From positions 1 to 19,071 of the forward strand of contig JBPCLP010000023.1 in the NCBI GenBank assembly GCA_051003195.1: a stretch of 19,071 bases of DNA, in the 5' to 3' direction. The notes under the pieces were generated by a model. That model had not been told where the DNA came from. It did no database searches and saw only the letters and a list, made by a program, of their open reading frames with translations. Made by a program: the position numbers and the translations under genes. Source of the DNA: Candidatus Sumerlaeaceae bacterium (GTDB lineage: Bacteria; Sumerlaeota; Sumerlaeia; Sumerlaeales; Sumerlaeaceae). Shown here piece by piece: positions 1 to 9,297 of the stretch. Position 1 is the first letter of the stretch. Each line of letters begins with the position of its first letter.

Positions 1-6
1 TTTCCG

Positions 7-155
7 GCGCCCCTTCAGGGCGCGATGTAATTGGATCGATATACCCAGGGCTGCGTCGGCCACAAAAAGCCGTGGCCTCCTTTCCCTGGGCTGTGTTCCG
101 CTGCACCTTCGGTGCAAAAAACCTGAGGGCTGCGGATTCCAAAAAGGGGGAATCC
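7..155. repeat. REP/REPIN-like cluster of nested palindromes
   Basis: GCGCCC-CTTCA-GGGCGC (7-23); CCCAGGG (44-50)/CCCTGGG (84-90) enclosing GGCCAC (58-63)/GTGGCC (72-77); TGCACC-TTC-GGTGCA (102-116); GGATTCC (134-140)/GGAATCC (149-155). Extragenic, downstream of the 228..1397 gene. Copy number cannot be seen from this window. Confidence 0.55.
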
Positions 156-227
156 TGTGGTGCGGTGTCGCAGAGATTCGTAAACTATAGCTATGAACTT
201 CTGGGACGGCACACTGGGTCGGAGCTG

Positions 228-1397
228 TTACTTCTGCCTGAGGAGCGAGGTCTCGATTTCCTGAAGCTGATTTCCGGTCATCAGTTCGCCGTACTCGACT
301 GAGTCTTTGAAGCGACCAAGGTCGAGATGCATAAGAGACCACTCTTTGTGCGTGTCGTGAGCTACAATGGGCCCCATCTCGTCGCTGGCCCAATAGACAC
401 TTTCCCAGACTTTGCCGCCCACGTTGATTCGAAGAACGCGTCCGCGTTCCAGCATGTCCCTGGGTTTGGCAGGCTCCGGTGCTACCTCGATATCTGCCGG
501 CGTATCTGCAGTCTCGGCGGCAAGAGAAGGTTCGGAAGGATGAGCTTCGGAGATCGCCGCGCCGCTTGTGCGGCCGGGCATGCGGCCTTCCTGGTGCGAG
601 GCGACTTGCCGAACTACCGAGGCAAATTCGTAGCGCTCCAGGTGAAATATAACAGCATCGCGGTCCCAGCTTCCGGATTCCCGCATTTGTGCGAACAGCG
701 GCTCCGGAAGATGGCCGATGTGCTGGGAATCGTACTGCTGCAGAAAAATTCCACGTGGCGCAACTGTCCCATCCGGTTCCAGGAAATAGAGAAGTGCGTA
801 ATCTTTTCCGGAAACTGCGTCTTTGTAGATGGCTACACTGCCATCGTCGAGGCGCAGAATAGTACCCGATACATAGTCGGCGCTGCTTTTGGACGGAGGA
901 CCTGGTGCAGTTCTCCCGGGCTGGATGTTCGTGGTTACCTGGGTAATCGGCCGGCGCCCTTTTGGACCTTTTGAACTGGCGACGGCATCATAGCCGCGTT
1001 TTTCCAGCTCATCCATGGTCATGGGCTGCAAGTCGTCGTCCGCCCCGGCGTCACCAGACGCTTCACGGGTCTTGCGCAGCCGCTCATAGTACTCGCGATA
1101 GCGCGGATCGTCCTGGTAAGATTGTTTGTCGTCGCGCCTGGGCTTCAAATCCTGTGTCTCTCTGCCTTCTGCCGGGCGATACAGCGGAGCACGCGGCTTG
1201 AAGTTTTTGGCGATCCGTTCGCGTTCGCGGCGGCGAATTTCCGCCTCCACTTCCTCTGGATCGTCGTAGTTCGGCTGGGCCTTTAAGCCGCTTTCAAGCT
1301 TTTCCAGATAAGCACGCTCCGCAGGGGTCATTTGATCCCCGAGGGCGGACTTGAGGTCATCGAGCTGTTTCTTTGGTTTAGCCACGAATCCTAACAT
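228..1397 (-). CDS. Hypothetical protein, 389 aa: charged helical N-terminus, low-complexity linkers and two small globular beta-rich domains
   Basis: Long ATG-started ORF with protein-like composition, filling the space downstream of the deacetylase on the same strand; no family motif recognised. Confidence 0.8.
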   Translation of the reverse strand: MLGFVAKPKKQLDDLKSALGDQMTPAERAYLEKLESGLKAQPNYDDPEEVEAEIRRRERERIAKNFKPRAPLYRPAEGRETQDLKPRRDDKQSYQDDPRYREYYERLRKTREASGDAGADDDLQPMTMDELEKRGYDAVASSKGPKGRRPITQVTTNIQPGRTAPGPPSKSSADYVSGTILRLDDGSVAIYKDAVSGKDYALLYFLEPDGTVAPRGIFLQQYDSQHIGHLPEPLFAQMRESGSWDRDAVIFHLERYEFASVVRQVASHQEGRMPGRTSGAAISEAHPSEPSLAAETADTPADIEVAPEPAKPRDMLERGRVLRINVGGKVWESVYWASDEMGPIVAHDTHKEWSLMHLDLGRFKDSVEYGELMTGNQLQEIETSLLRQK

Positions 1398-1483
1398 CTA
1401 CCTGTTTACTTCCAATTGGATTACAAGTATAGGACGCGGGGCTTCTAACGCACGTTGTCATCCGTGGGAAAAAAGTGAAAAAA

Positions 1484-2563
1484 CTATCTTGAGGACCCTG
1501 ATGTGGCGAAAGCTGAGGCGGTCGCGGTCGTGTGGGCGTCAGAAGAAACTGCCATTGAACGCCGATTTGAGAGCAGCTGGGACACAGTCACGAATGTATA
1601 GCCGCGTGCCCGCAGCTCGGGTACGATGGCCCTGGTTGTTTCCATTACAGTGTCGCGACCCCGGTGCAGGCGGTCGTGCATGAGGATGATCGATCCGTCG
1701 GACGTGCCCTTGAGGATTGTGTTTATCATTTGAGCAGCGGGACGGCCCATCCAGTCGTTGGTGTCCACGTCCCACAGAAGGACCTTGTAGCCAAGTTCGG
1801 CACAGACGGACCTCACGGTCGAATTGTGCGCGCCATAAGGCGGGCGCATGGTTGGTACCGGTGCACCGTTTGAGGCTGAGGTAAGCAGATCCTGCGTGGA
1901 ACTTAGCTCCTCGCGCACAGCCGCGGCGTTCATCTTGGTCAGCTGTTTATGGTTGTAGGTATGGTTGCCGAGTTCGTGTCCGGTTTGTACGATAGTTTGA
2001 ACCATCCCAGGGTACTCTTTGACGCGTTCACCCAGCATATAGAACGTGGCCGGAACCTTGTTTTCGTTAAGGTAATCCAGCAGCTTTGGAGTGAAGGGGT
2101 CAGGCCCATCATCGTAGGTCAATGCGACAAGTTTCTTACCTGTGGGCCATGCCGTAATAACCTGCGAACCAGTGCTGGAAGCGGTGGCCGATGCGGCCCT
2201 CTGTGGTGAAGAGTCGGTCCTGTTCGGCTCTGGCCGCACTGGTTTCTTTGATTCGGTATCCTGTGCCTGCCCGGCACTTTTTACCACAGTTTCTTTGTGT
2301 TCGGCCTTGGCCTTTTTCGGCGCTTCAGTGCGTGGCTTTGCGGTGTTTGCCTTCCGGGGCTCAGGCGTGCTGGTTGGTACTATCCGGTATGGTTGCTGCG
2401 GCCGGACACCTGTATAAGCTGGAACGCTGGGATAGGGGGTACGAGTAGATTGCTGCTGGCCCGACTGATTGTACGTCTGACCGGGCTGATACTGAGAAAA
2501 CGCCGGGTTGAGGTTCGCTGTTAAAGCGACGCATAAAAACGCTAGGGCAGGCCGGTACACCAC
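1484..2563 (-). CDS. Secreted polysaccharide deacetylase (CE4/NodB homology, PgdA/PdaA-like)
   Basis: CE4 motifs TYDDGP, HTYNH, RPPYG, DTNDW and ILMHD; N-terminal signal-peptide-like segment and a Q/P/T/K-rich linker. GTG start is approximate. Confidence 0.93.
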   Translation of the reverse strand: MVYRPALAFLCVALTANLNPAFSQYQPGQTYNQSGQQQSTRTPYPSVPAYTGVRPQQPYRIVPTSTPEPRKANTAKPRTEAPKKAKAEHKETVVKSAGQAQDTESKKPVRPEPNRTDSSPQRAASATASSTGSQVITAWPTGKKLVALTYDDGPDPFTPKLLDYLNENKVPATFYMLGERVKEYPGMVQTIVQTGHELGNHTYNHKQLTKMNAAAVREELSSTQDLLTSASNGAPVPTMRPPYGAHNSTVRSVCAELGYKVLLWDVDTNDWMGRPAAQMINTILKGTSDGSIILMHDRLHRGRDTVMETTRAIVPELRARGYTFVTVSQLLSNRRSMAVSSDAHTTATASAFATSGSSR

Positions 2564-2795
2564 AGACTTCTTTCATATCACGAATAGCGGCTTGAATTTG
2601 AGATGCGACGACCAGAGTCCAGTAGAATCGAGGGGGATGCGCAAAATTCAAGTTTCATAATTTCGGAAAGTTTGCCGCTTTTCGGGAAAACTTGACGGAT
2701 ATTTGGGGAAGAAACCCCGATAACTCACCGAAACTTCGGAGTTTTTTGGGCGGGCGGCGAACAGCAGGCCGCGCGAATTGTTTCTCCACCCAACG

Positions 2796-5249
2796 ATGAG
2801 TAAACGTTCAGAGAAGTCGAAAAACACCGAAGATCTATTAGACAACCAAAGCCACTCCAGCGAGCTGATACCGCTGATTCCGCTTAAAGATATTGTCGTC
2901 TTTCCCAACTGTATTACCCCGCTATTCGTCATGCGGCCAAAGAGCCTGAATGCGCTGGAAGACGCTGTTGCGTCAGACAAGCGTCTGTTCCTGGTGACGC
3001 AAAAGGCCGTCGATGTAGAGAATCCTGCTCCGTCCGACCTTTACGAGCATGGCACTGTGTCCGAGATCCTGCAGGTACTCAAGATGCCGGATGGCGCGGC
3101 CAAAATCCTGGTTGAAGGTCAGTACGTCGCGCGTATTCTTGGTTACGAGCAGAACGATCGCACCACACAGGCGATGCTGATAAAGCAAGAGGTCGCAACG
3201 ACAGCGGGCAGAGACCGGGAGGCGCTGTTGCGGCTGGTCCTGAACCAATTCGAAACTTATGTGAAGCTCTACGACAAGATTCCCGATGAGCTTTTTGTTT
3301 CGATCAAGAATTTCGACGATGCGCTGCAGATCGCCAACGCGATCAGTCATTACGCGAACTTTAAAACCAAGGACAAACAGCAGTTGCTCGAGCTGGACCA
3401 GCTTGACAAAAAACTGCTTACCCTCAGCCAGCTGCTGAGCAACGAGAACGAGTTGCTCGAGCTCGAGGGGAAGATCATGACGCAGGTGAAGTCCCAGATC
3501 GGCAAGAGCCAGAAGGAGTACTTCCTCAACGAACAGCTCAAAGTGATCGAGAAAGAGCTCGGGCTCAACAGCGAAGAAGACGTCGAGATTGAAGAGCTGG
3601 CGGAGAAGATCGAGAAGAGCAAAATGCCGGACGAGGCGCGCGAAAAAGCGCAGCGTGAGCTGGCCCGGCTGGCAAAGATGGCGCCGATGTCACCTGAAGC
3701 TACGGTGTCACGCACCTATATCGAATGGCTATTGGACTTGCCGTGGGGGAAGGCGACGAAGGACAAGCGCGACCTGGATCACGCCCAGCAAATTCTGGAT
3801 GAGGACCACTACGGTCTTTCGAAGGTGAAGGACCGCATCATCGAGTACCTGGCGGTGCATCAGCTCACGAAGCATGTAAAAGGCCCGATTCTATGCCTGG
3901 TTGGCCCTCCGGGTGTAGGCAAAACTTCGCTGGCGCGAAGCGTGGCACGCTCACTCGGGCGCAAGTTTGTGCGCATTTCGCTGGGGGGAGTACGTGACGA
4001 GGCCGAGATTCGTGGACATAGACGCACCTACATAGGATCATTGCCTGGTAAGATTCTGCAGGCGATGAAGAAGGCGGGCGCATCCAACCCGGTCATGCTG
4101 CTCGACGAGATTGACAAGATGTCGGCGGATTTTCGCGGCGACCCTGCGAGTGCGCTGCTGGAGGTCCTGGATCCGGAGCAGAACAAGGCGTTCAACGACC
4201 ACTACCTGGAAGTTGATTACGACCTGTCCGACGTGTTCTTTATTACAACAGCCAACACGACTGCGGGCATTCCGTATCCGCTTATGGATCGCATGGAGCT
4301 GATTCGTATTCCGGGGTATACGGAAGACGAAAAGCTGGAGATTGCTGAGCGTTACCTCGTGCCGAAACAGGTTCAGGCGAACGGGCTCTCGATTAAGACG
4401 ATCGATTTCACGCGGCGCGCCATCCAGGTGATCATCAACAACTATACGCGTGAAGCCGGTGTGCGAAACCTCGAACGTGAAATAGCCACGGTGTGCCGGC
4501 GAATCGCCAAGGACCTTGTCCGCAGCACCGACAAAAAGGCGGGCAGCAAACAAGTGAAGGTGACGCCGGAGAAAATACGGACATTACTCGGGCCTATCAG
4601 GCACAAGGACAACCTCGCGCAGAAGGAGCCGGAGATCGGCGTGGCGACAGGGCTTGCATGGACGGAGGTCGGCGGCGAACTGCTGCCTGCCGAAGTTACG
4701 GTGATGAAAGGCCGGGGTAACCTGGTACTGACGGGCAAACTTGGCGAAGTAATGCAGGAGAGCGCCAAAGCAGCACTCAGCTACATCCGCTCGCGCAGTG
4801 ACAAACTGAATGTGCCGGTCGACTTCTACCGCAACACCGACATTCACGTGCATATTCCTGAAGGTGCGATCCCGAAGGATGGACCGAGTGCCGGCATAAC
4901 GATGACGACTTCTATGGTCAGCGCTCTGACCAATCGCCCCGTGCGACAGGACATCGCGATGACGGGAGAAATCACATTGCGCGGCAAGGTGCTGAAGATC
5001 GGTGGGCTGAAGGAAAAAGTGCTGGCCGCACACCGTGCACACATCATGAACATTATTATCCCGCAGGATAACGAGGACGACCTGGAAGACATCTCCAAGA
5101 AGATCCGGCGTGAGATGAATTTCGTACTGGTGGACACCGTAGACCAGGTTCTTGAAAATGCGCTACTAACTGCTACTGTGCCGACCGACCCGCGCATTTT
5201 CAGTTCCCGGGCACCGCGGCGGACTGTCCCGATTACAAAAGGTAATTAG
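2796..5249 (+). CDS. lon: ATP-dependent Lon protease (endopeptidase La)
   Basis: N-domain PLKDIVVFP, Walker [17 protein letters not shown], Walker B LLDEIDK, catalytic PKDGPSAG and IGGLKEK. ATG at 2796 preferred over TTG at 2778. Confidence 0.98.
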   Translation: MSKRSEKSKNTEDLLDNQSHSSELIPLIPLKDIVVFPNCITPLFVMRPKSLNALEDAVASDKRLFLVTQKAVDVENPAPSDLYEHGTVSEILQVLKMPDGAAKILVEGQYVARILGYEQNDRTTQAMLIKQEVATTAGRDREALLRLVLNQFETYVKLYDKIPDELFVSIKNFDDALQIANAISHYANFKTKDKQQLLELDQLDKKLLTLSQLLSNENELLELEGKIMTQVKSQIGKSQKEYFLNEQLKVIEKELGLNSEEDVEIEELAEKIEKSKMPDEAREKAQRELARLAKMAPMSPEATVSRTYIEWLLDLPWGKATKDKRDLDHAQQILDEDHYGLSKVKDRIIEYLAVHQLTKHVKGPILCLVGPPGVGKTSLARSVARSLGRKFVRISLGGVRDEAEIRGHRRTYIGSLPGKILQAMKKAGASNPVMLLDEIDKMSADFRGDPASALLEVLDPEQNKAFNDHYLEVDYDLSDVFFITTANTTAGIPYPLMDRMELIRIPGYTEDEKLEIAERYLVPKQVQANGLSIKTIDFTRRAIQVIINNYTREAGVRNLEREIATVCRRIAKDLVRSTDKKAGSKQVKVTPEKIRTLLGPIRHKDNLAQKEPEIGVATGLAWTEVGGELLPAEVTVMKGRGNLVLTGKLGEVMQESAKAALSYIRSRSDKLNVPVDFYRNTDIHVHIPEGAIPKDGPSAGITMTTSMVSALTNRPVRQDIAMTGEITLRGKVLKIGGLKEKVLAAHRAHIMNIIIPQDNEDDLEDISKKIRREMNFVLVDTVDQVLENALLTATVPTDPRIFSSRAPRRTVPITKGN

Positions 5250-5336
5250 TCTCCAGGCCGGCTTTCGCTGGTGCTGCGGCGGTCGTATCTCAACTCGACC
5301 ATTGCACTTGCCTTCAACTGGCAGATTGTTGCGGGC

Positions 5337-6734
5337 ATGGCAAAATCTAAAATCCAGTTCGTCTGCCAGGAATGTGGTGAGGGATACCCCAAGTGGGCTG
5401 GCAAGTGCACGGCCTGCGGGCAGTGGAATACGCTTGTTGAAGAGCGGGTAGCGGCCGATCCGGCGAAGGCGCCCGGCGCTGCGAATCGCGCTGCATTCCG
5501 ATTAAGGCACGACGTGGGCGAACGGCGTACCGTGGCGGTACCCATCACGCAAATTAACGCGCTCGCGGAGAATCGTACCTTTACGCATATTGACGAGTTC
5601 GATCGAATACTTGGCGGCGGTATCGTTGCCGGTTCGGTGACCTTGATCGGTGGGGAGCCGGGCATTGGCAAGAGCACGCTGCTGTTGCAGGTGGCGCAGC
5701 GGCTTGCTTCCGCCGAGAAGCCATCGCTCTACGTCAGCGGCGAGGAAAGCCTGGAGCAGATGCGGCTGCGTGCGTCACGGATGGGTGCATTGTCTGACCA
5801 TCTGCTCTGCCTGAGCGAAACCGAAGTGGAGGCAATCGGCGACCAGATCGTCCAGACGATGCCCTCGTGCGTCATCGTCGATTCCATCCAGACGGCCTAC
5901 ACGCCGGAGATCAGCGGGGCACCCGGCAGCGTTTCACAGATAAGGGAGTCCGCGGCGCATCTGCTGTTCCTGTGCAAACAGTTGCACGTTCCGCTGTTCC
6001 TTGTGGGCCATTTAACGAAAAGCGGCGTCGTTGCCGGGCCGCGCATTCTCGAGCATATGGTTGATACCGTGCTCTACTTCGAGGGTGATCGACACCACAA
6101 TTTCCGAATCCTGCGCGCGGTGAAAAACCGTTTCGGTTCGACTAACGAGATCGGCATTTTTGAAATGGTACGCGAGGGACTTGCCGAGGTGAAGAACCCG
6201 AGTGAGCTTTTTTTGCAGGAGCGGCCGGAAGGCGCCAGCGGAAGCGTAGTGGTCCCGGTGCTGGAAGGGACGCGGCCGTTGCTCGTCGAAATTCAGGCTC
6301 TCACCGCGCCCAATGGAGGCTTTGGATCGCCGCGGCGGAGTGCGAATGGCATCGATGCACGCCGCATGAATCTCCTGATTGCGGTGCTTGAGAAGCGTCT
6401 CGGGATCCGCATGTTCGACCAGGATGTGTACGTGAATATCGCAGGTGGGGTTCGCGTGGATGAACCGGCTGCCGACCTTGCGGCACTCTGCGCCATGGTG
6501 AGCAGCTTTCGCGGACAGGCTGTTGAACAGGACACGATTATACTGGGAGAGGTCGGGCTTGCAGGTGAAATCCGCAGCGTGAGTCATCTTGAGAAACGCC
6601 TGACCGAAGCGGCGAGGCTTGGATTTAAGAAAGCGGTGACGTCGAGCTTCCAGAAGCGAAAGCCACCCGCGGGCATGCAGGTGCAGCCGGCGAAAAACGT
6701 AGGAGAAGCACTGCGCCTGCTGGGGCTGGGATAA
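5337..6734 (+). CDS. radA: DNA repair protein RadA/Sms
   Basis: C4 zinc finger CQECG..WAGKCTAC, Walker A GEPGIGKS, KNRFG motif, C-terminal Lon-like domain (GEVGLAGEIR). ATG at 5337 gives the typical MAK.K..FVC start. Confidence 0.98.
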   Translation: MAKSKIQFVCQECGEGYPKWAGKCTACGQWNTLVEERVAADPAKAPGAANRAAFRLRHDVGERRTVAVPITQINALAENRTFTHIDEFDRILGGGIVAGSVTLIGGEPGIGKSTLLLQVAQRLASAEKPSLYVSGEESLEQMRLRASRMGALSDHLLCLSETEVEAIGDQIVQTMPSCVIVDSIQTAYTPEISGAPGSVSQIRESAAHLLFLCKQLHVPLFLVGHLTKSGVVAGPRILEHMVDTVLYFEGDRHHNFRILRAVKNRFGSTNEIGIFEMVREGLAEVKNPSELFLQERPEGASGSVVVPVLEGTRPLLVEIQALTAPNGGFGSPRRSANGIDARRMNLLIAVLEKRLGIRMFDQDVYVNIAGGVRVDEPAADLAALCAMVSSFRGQAVEQDTIILGEVGLAGEIRSVSHLEKRLTEAARLGFKKAVTSSFQKRKPPAGMQVQPAKNVGEALRLLGLG

Positions 6735-6751
6735 CTCCGCTTTAGAGTGGA

Positions 6752-6783
6752 TCGACCGAGGCTAGTGAAACTGTGGCGGTCGA
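6752..6783. terminator. Possible stem-loop between convergent radA and M20 amidohydrolase genes
   Basis: TCGACCG (6752-6758)/CGGTCGA (6777-6783) inverted repeat; large loop and no clear U-tract. Confidence 0.25.
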
Positions 6784-6787
6784 ATTA

Positions 6788-7975
6788 TTACTTCGCGATG
6801 TCCGGGCGGTACATTGCTTCGAGACCGGTCAGAGCAAGGGCTTTGATCGCGCGGACGAGCTGCTCATTGCCGAAGTCCGTGATAGTGGCTTCGCGAAACT
6901 CGTGGGTGTGTCCGCCGATGCTCTCGTCGTAAGTGATGCGCACAGACGGATGCAGGCATGGGAATTGGTGGCTCAAATTTCCGATGTCCAAGGACCCGTG
7001 CGGCTTTGGATCGGTATGCGGTTCTTCGCCACCGAGCTCCATCCAGTTGTCGTGGTAAAGATCTGCCAGGACTGGATCGGGGCGCATGTCATAGTAGGGA
7101 TATCCCTCGATATGCTGCGTCATGGTTGCACCCGTCGCCAGCGCGGCGGCTTTGGCACATTCGATGAACTTGGCATATACCAGGTCGGCCTCTTCCTTAT
7201 CCTTACCACGCAAGCTGAACTGACCTTTTGTGTAATCGGGCACCATGTTGGCGCGCTCGCCACCGCTTAGAATAACCCCGGGCATACGCACGCTCGGCGG
7301 GAGCTGCTTGCGCGCCATGTCGACATTGACGAAAAGCTGGATCATGGCATCGAGTGCGTTGATGCCTTTCCATGCTGAAGCTGCTGCATGTGCCGAGCGA
7401 CCGCGGAATTCGACCTGTACCGAGATACACGCGAGCGACGAGTACGCCACCTCATTGTAAATCCCAGGGTGCATCATCAACGCGGCAGAAACACCTTCAA
7501 ACGCACCGGCCTCGAGCATGATGATCTTTCCGCCGACAGTCTCCTCGGCGGGAGTTCCAAACAATTCAACCTGGCCGGGCAGCTCGTCTGAAATTGCAGC
7601 GAGGCCAATGGCTGCATACGTCCCAGCGGTGCCGATCATGTTGTGCCCGCACCCATGGCCAACCACCGGTAAGGCGTCGTACTCTGCCAGGAATGCGATG
7701 CGTGGCTTGCATTCGCCGTTCGTAGAAGCGGGCGCCTTGACGGCTTTGAAGGCGGTCGGAAGCCCGGCAATGCCATGTTCCACTGCGAAACCATTGGCCT
7801 CAGCGCGGCCCGCGAGAAGTTTCGCGGACTCGTACTCCTCTCCGCTAAGCTCTGGATTATCGTGCAGATGCCGGCTTGTGGCCAGAATCTGGTCGCGCAG
7901 AGATTCCACACGTTCCACTACCCGCCGTTTAAGGGCCTGTAGCGTCTCGGTATCCATCACTGCTGCTGCGCTCAT
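6788..7975 (-). CDS. M20 family metallopeptidase/amidohydrolase (PM20D2/ACY1L2/AbgB-like)
   Basis: Motifs PELSGEE, AEYDAL..GHGCGHN, TPAEE..GGK, MMHP, GSLDIGNLS and HT.EF. Confidence 0.93.
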   Translation of the reverse strand: MSAAAVMDTETLQALKRRVVERVESLRDQILATSRHLHDNPELSGEEYESAKLLAGRAEANGFAVEHGIAGLPTAFKAVKAPASTNGECKPRIAFLAEYDALPVVGHGCGHNMIGTAGTYAAIGLAAISDELPGQVELFGTPAEETVGGKIIMLEAGAFEGVSAALMMHPGIYNEVAYSSLACISVQVEFRGRSAHAAASAWKGINALDAMIQLFVNVDMARKQLPPSVRMPGVILSGGERANMVPDYTKGQFSLRGKDKEEADLVYAKFIECAKAAALATGATMTQHIEGYPYYDMRPDPVLADLYHDNWMELGGEEPHTDPKPHGSLDIGNLSHQFPCLHPSVRITYDESIGGHTHEFREATITDFGNEQLVRAIKALALTGLEAMYRPDIAK

Positions 7976-8358
7976 TCATTTTCCTGCGGCGTAGCGGGTT
8001 CAAGGATGCGCTTAATCTTCGCTTTCAATTCTTCGAGATCGACGGGCTTGGTAATGTAGTCGCTGACATGTGCATCCCAGATCGTAAAATCATCCTGCAG
8101 GCCGCGAACGGCGGTGCACATAATCACCGGCAGCTTTTCATGCGAATACGTTTTGCGGACCTGCTCCAGAACCTCCAGCCCTGTCATGTCTTCCATGCGG
8201 ATATCGAGGACGACCAGGTCCGGCAGTTGCGCGGAGATCTTTTCCAGCGCTTCCCCACCACTGCCCGCCATGTCGACTTCGTATCCCTCTTCTTCAAGCT
8301 CGTCGCGAAACAGTGCGCGGATGTTTTTCTCGTCATCTACCACGAGGATGCGTGCCAT
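7972..8358 (-). CDS. Single-domain response regulator (CheY-like receiver)
   Basis: ILVVDDE, DLVVLDIRM (phospho-Asp), MCTA and YITKP; GAGG SD-like sequence upstream; ATGA overlap with the M20 gene. Confidence 0.95.
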   Translation of the reverse strand: MARILVVDDEKNIRALFRDELEEEGYEVDMAGSGGEALEKISAQLPDLVVLDIRMEDMTGLEVLEQVRKTYSHEKLPVIMCTAVRGLQDDFTIWDAHVSDYITKPVDLEELKAKIKRILEPATPQENE

Positions 8359-8437
8359 AATTTAGACCTCTTTGTGGATGCACTACAATGCGAAAGCAAG
8401 CTTCTGTGCCTGCGCGGATGAGATGCTGCGCGGCCCG

Positions 8438-8824
8438 TTAAAACAGATTCAACTGAAGCTTTGCGGATTCGGACATTTTTGACATGTCCCATGGCGGTTC
8501 CCATACCAGTTCGACCTTCGCTCCAGTTGTACCCGGCACCGACGCCGCCTTTTGTTCCACTTCTCCGGGCAGACTTCCAGCGACCGGGCAGGCCGGGGAG
8601 GTCAGCGTCATTTGGATGTTAACGAACTTGCTCGCGTCCACCTTTACATCGTAGACGAGGCCGAGTTCGTAGATGTTCACCGGGATTTCCGGATCGTAGA
8701 TCGTTCGCAGTACCTCGACCACCTGCTCCTCCAGATCACCATTAGAGCTGTAATCGGAATTTGGGTCCGGTGGGGGAGTGGCGGTTTTCAGGTCTTCGGC
8801 AACCGCTGATCTCGTAAAGCGCAT
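8438..8824 (-). CDS. sufT: DUF59/MIP18 metal-sulfur cluster assembly factor (SufT-like)
   Basis: IYDPEIPVNIYELGLVY, MTLTSPACP and VWEPPW..MSE.A; last gene of the suf cluster. Confidence 0.93.
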   Translation of the reverse strand: MRFTRSAVAEDLKTATPPPDPNSDYSSNGDLEEQVVEVLRTIYDPEIPVNIYELGLVYDVKVDASKFVNIQMTLTSPACPVAGSLPGEVEQKAASVPGTTGAKVELVWEPPWDMSKMSESAKLQLNLF

Positions 8825-8835
8825 GGCGTTATGTC

Positions 8836-9297
8836 CTATTCTGTCGTGACAATTTCATTTGAGGTGCGGAGCGCCGCCTGCAGAGTGTGCCACGGCAGGG
8901 TTGCGCACTTTATACGCACGGGAAATTTGCTGACGCCGGCAAGAACAGCCAACCTGCCGATATCCTCGAGTGCCTGCTCGTCGTCCGTTTTTCCGGTGAC
9001 GACATCGTGAAAGCGTTCGAAGATGGCTGCCGTCTCTTCGGCCGATTTGCCCTTTACAGCTTCGGTCATCAACGAAGCGGACGCAGTGGAAATCGCACAG
9101 CCGTTACCTGAGAAGTGCGCATCGTGGACCGTCCCGTTATCGTCCACGTCCAGGTACACCGTGCATTTGTCCCCACAAAGCGGATTGTATCCCTCTGCTG
9201 TGTGACTCGAATGCGGCGGCTTGCCAAAATTACGCGGGTGCCTGCCGTGGTCGAGAATCATTTCCTGGTAAAGCTCTCGCAGGTCCGCGGACATCAC
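8836..9297 (-). CDS. sufU: SUF system NifU-family protein SufU
   Basis: LYQEMILDH..PRN, NPLCGD, GCAISTASAS and RIKCATLPW; start (GTG 9297 or ATG 9294) overlaps the sufS stop. Confidence 0.95.
   Translation of the reverse strand: MMSADLRELYQEMILDHGRHPRNFGKPPHSSHTAEGYNPLCGDKCTVYLDVDDNGTVHDAHFSGNGCAISTASASLMTEAVKGKSAEETAAIFERFHDVVTGKTDDEQALEDIGRLAVLAGVSKFPVRIKCATLPWHTLQAALRTSNEIVTTE

Noticed and set aside
7..155. CRISPR array or intrinsic terminator
   Set aside because: There are no identical direct repeats with spacers, and the A/T tracts are on the wrong side of the hairpins or inside loops.
1230..1270. DDPEE..RRE motif shared between the 389-aa protein and the suf-embedded antitoxin
   Set aside because: It is a short low-complexity charged match and most likely coincidental.
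5301..5330. CIRCE-like half site (TTGCACTT) upstream of radA
   Set aside because: The right arm does not match GAGTGCTAA and there is no dyad.
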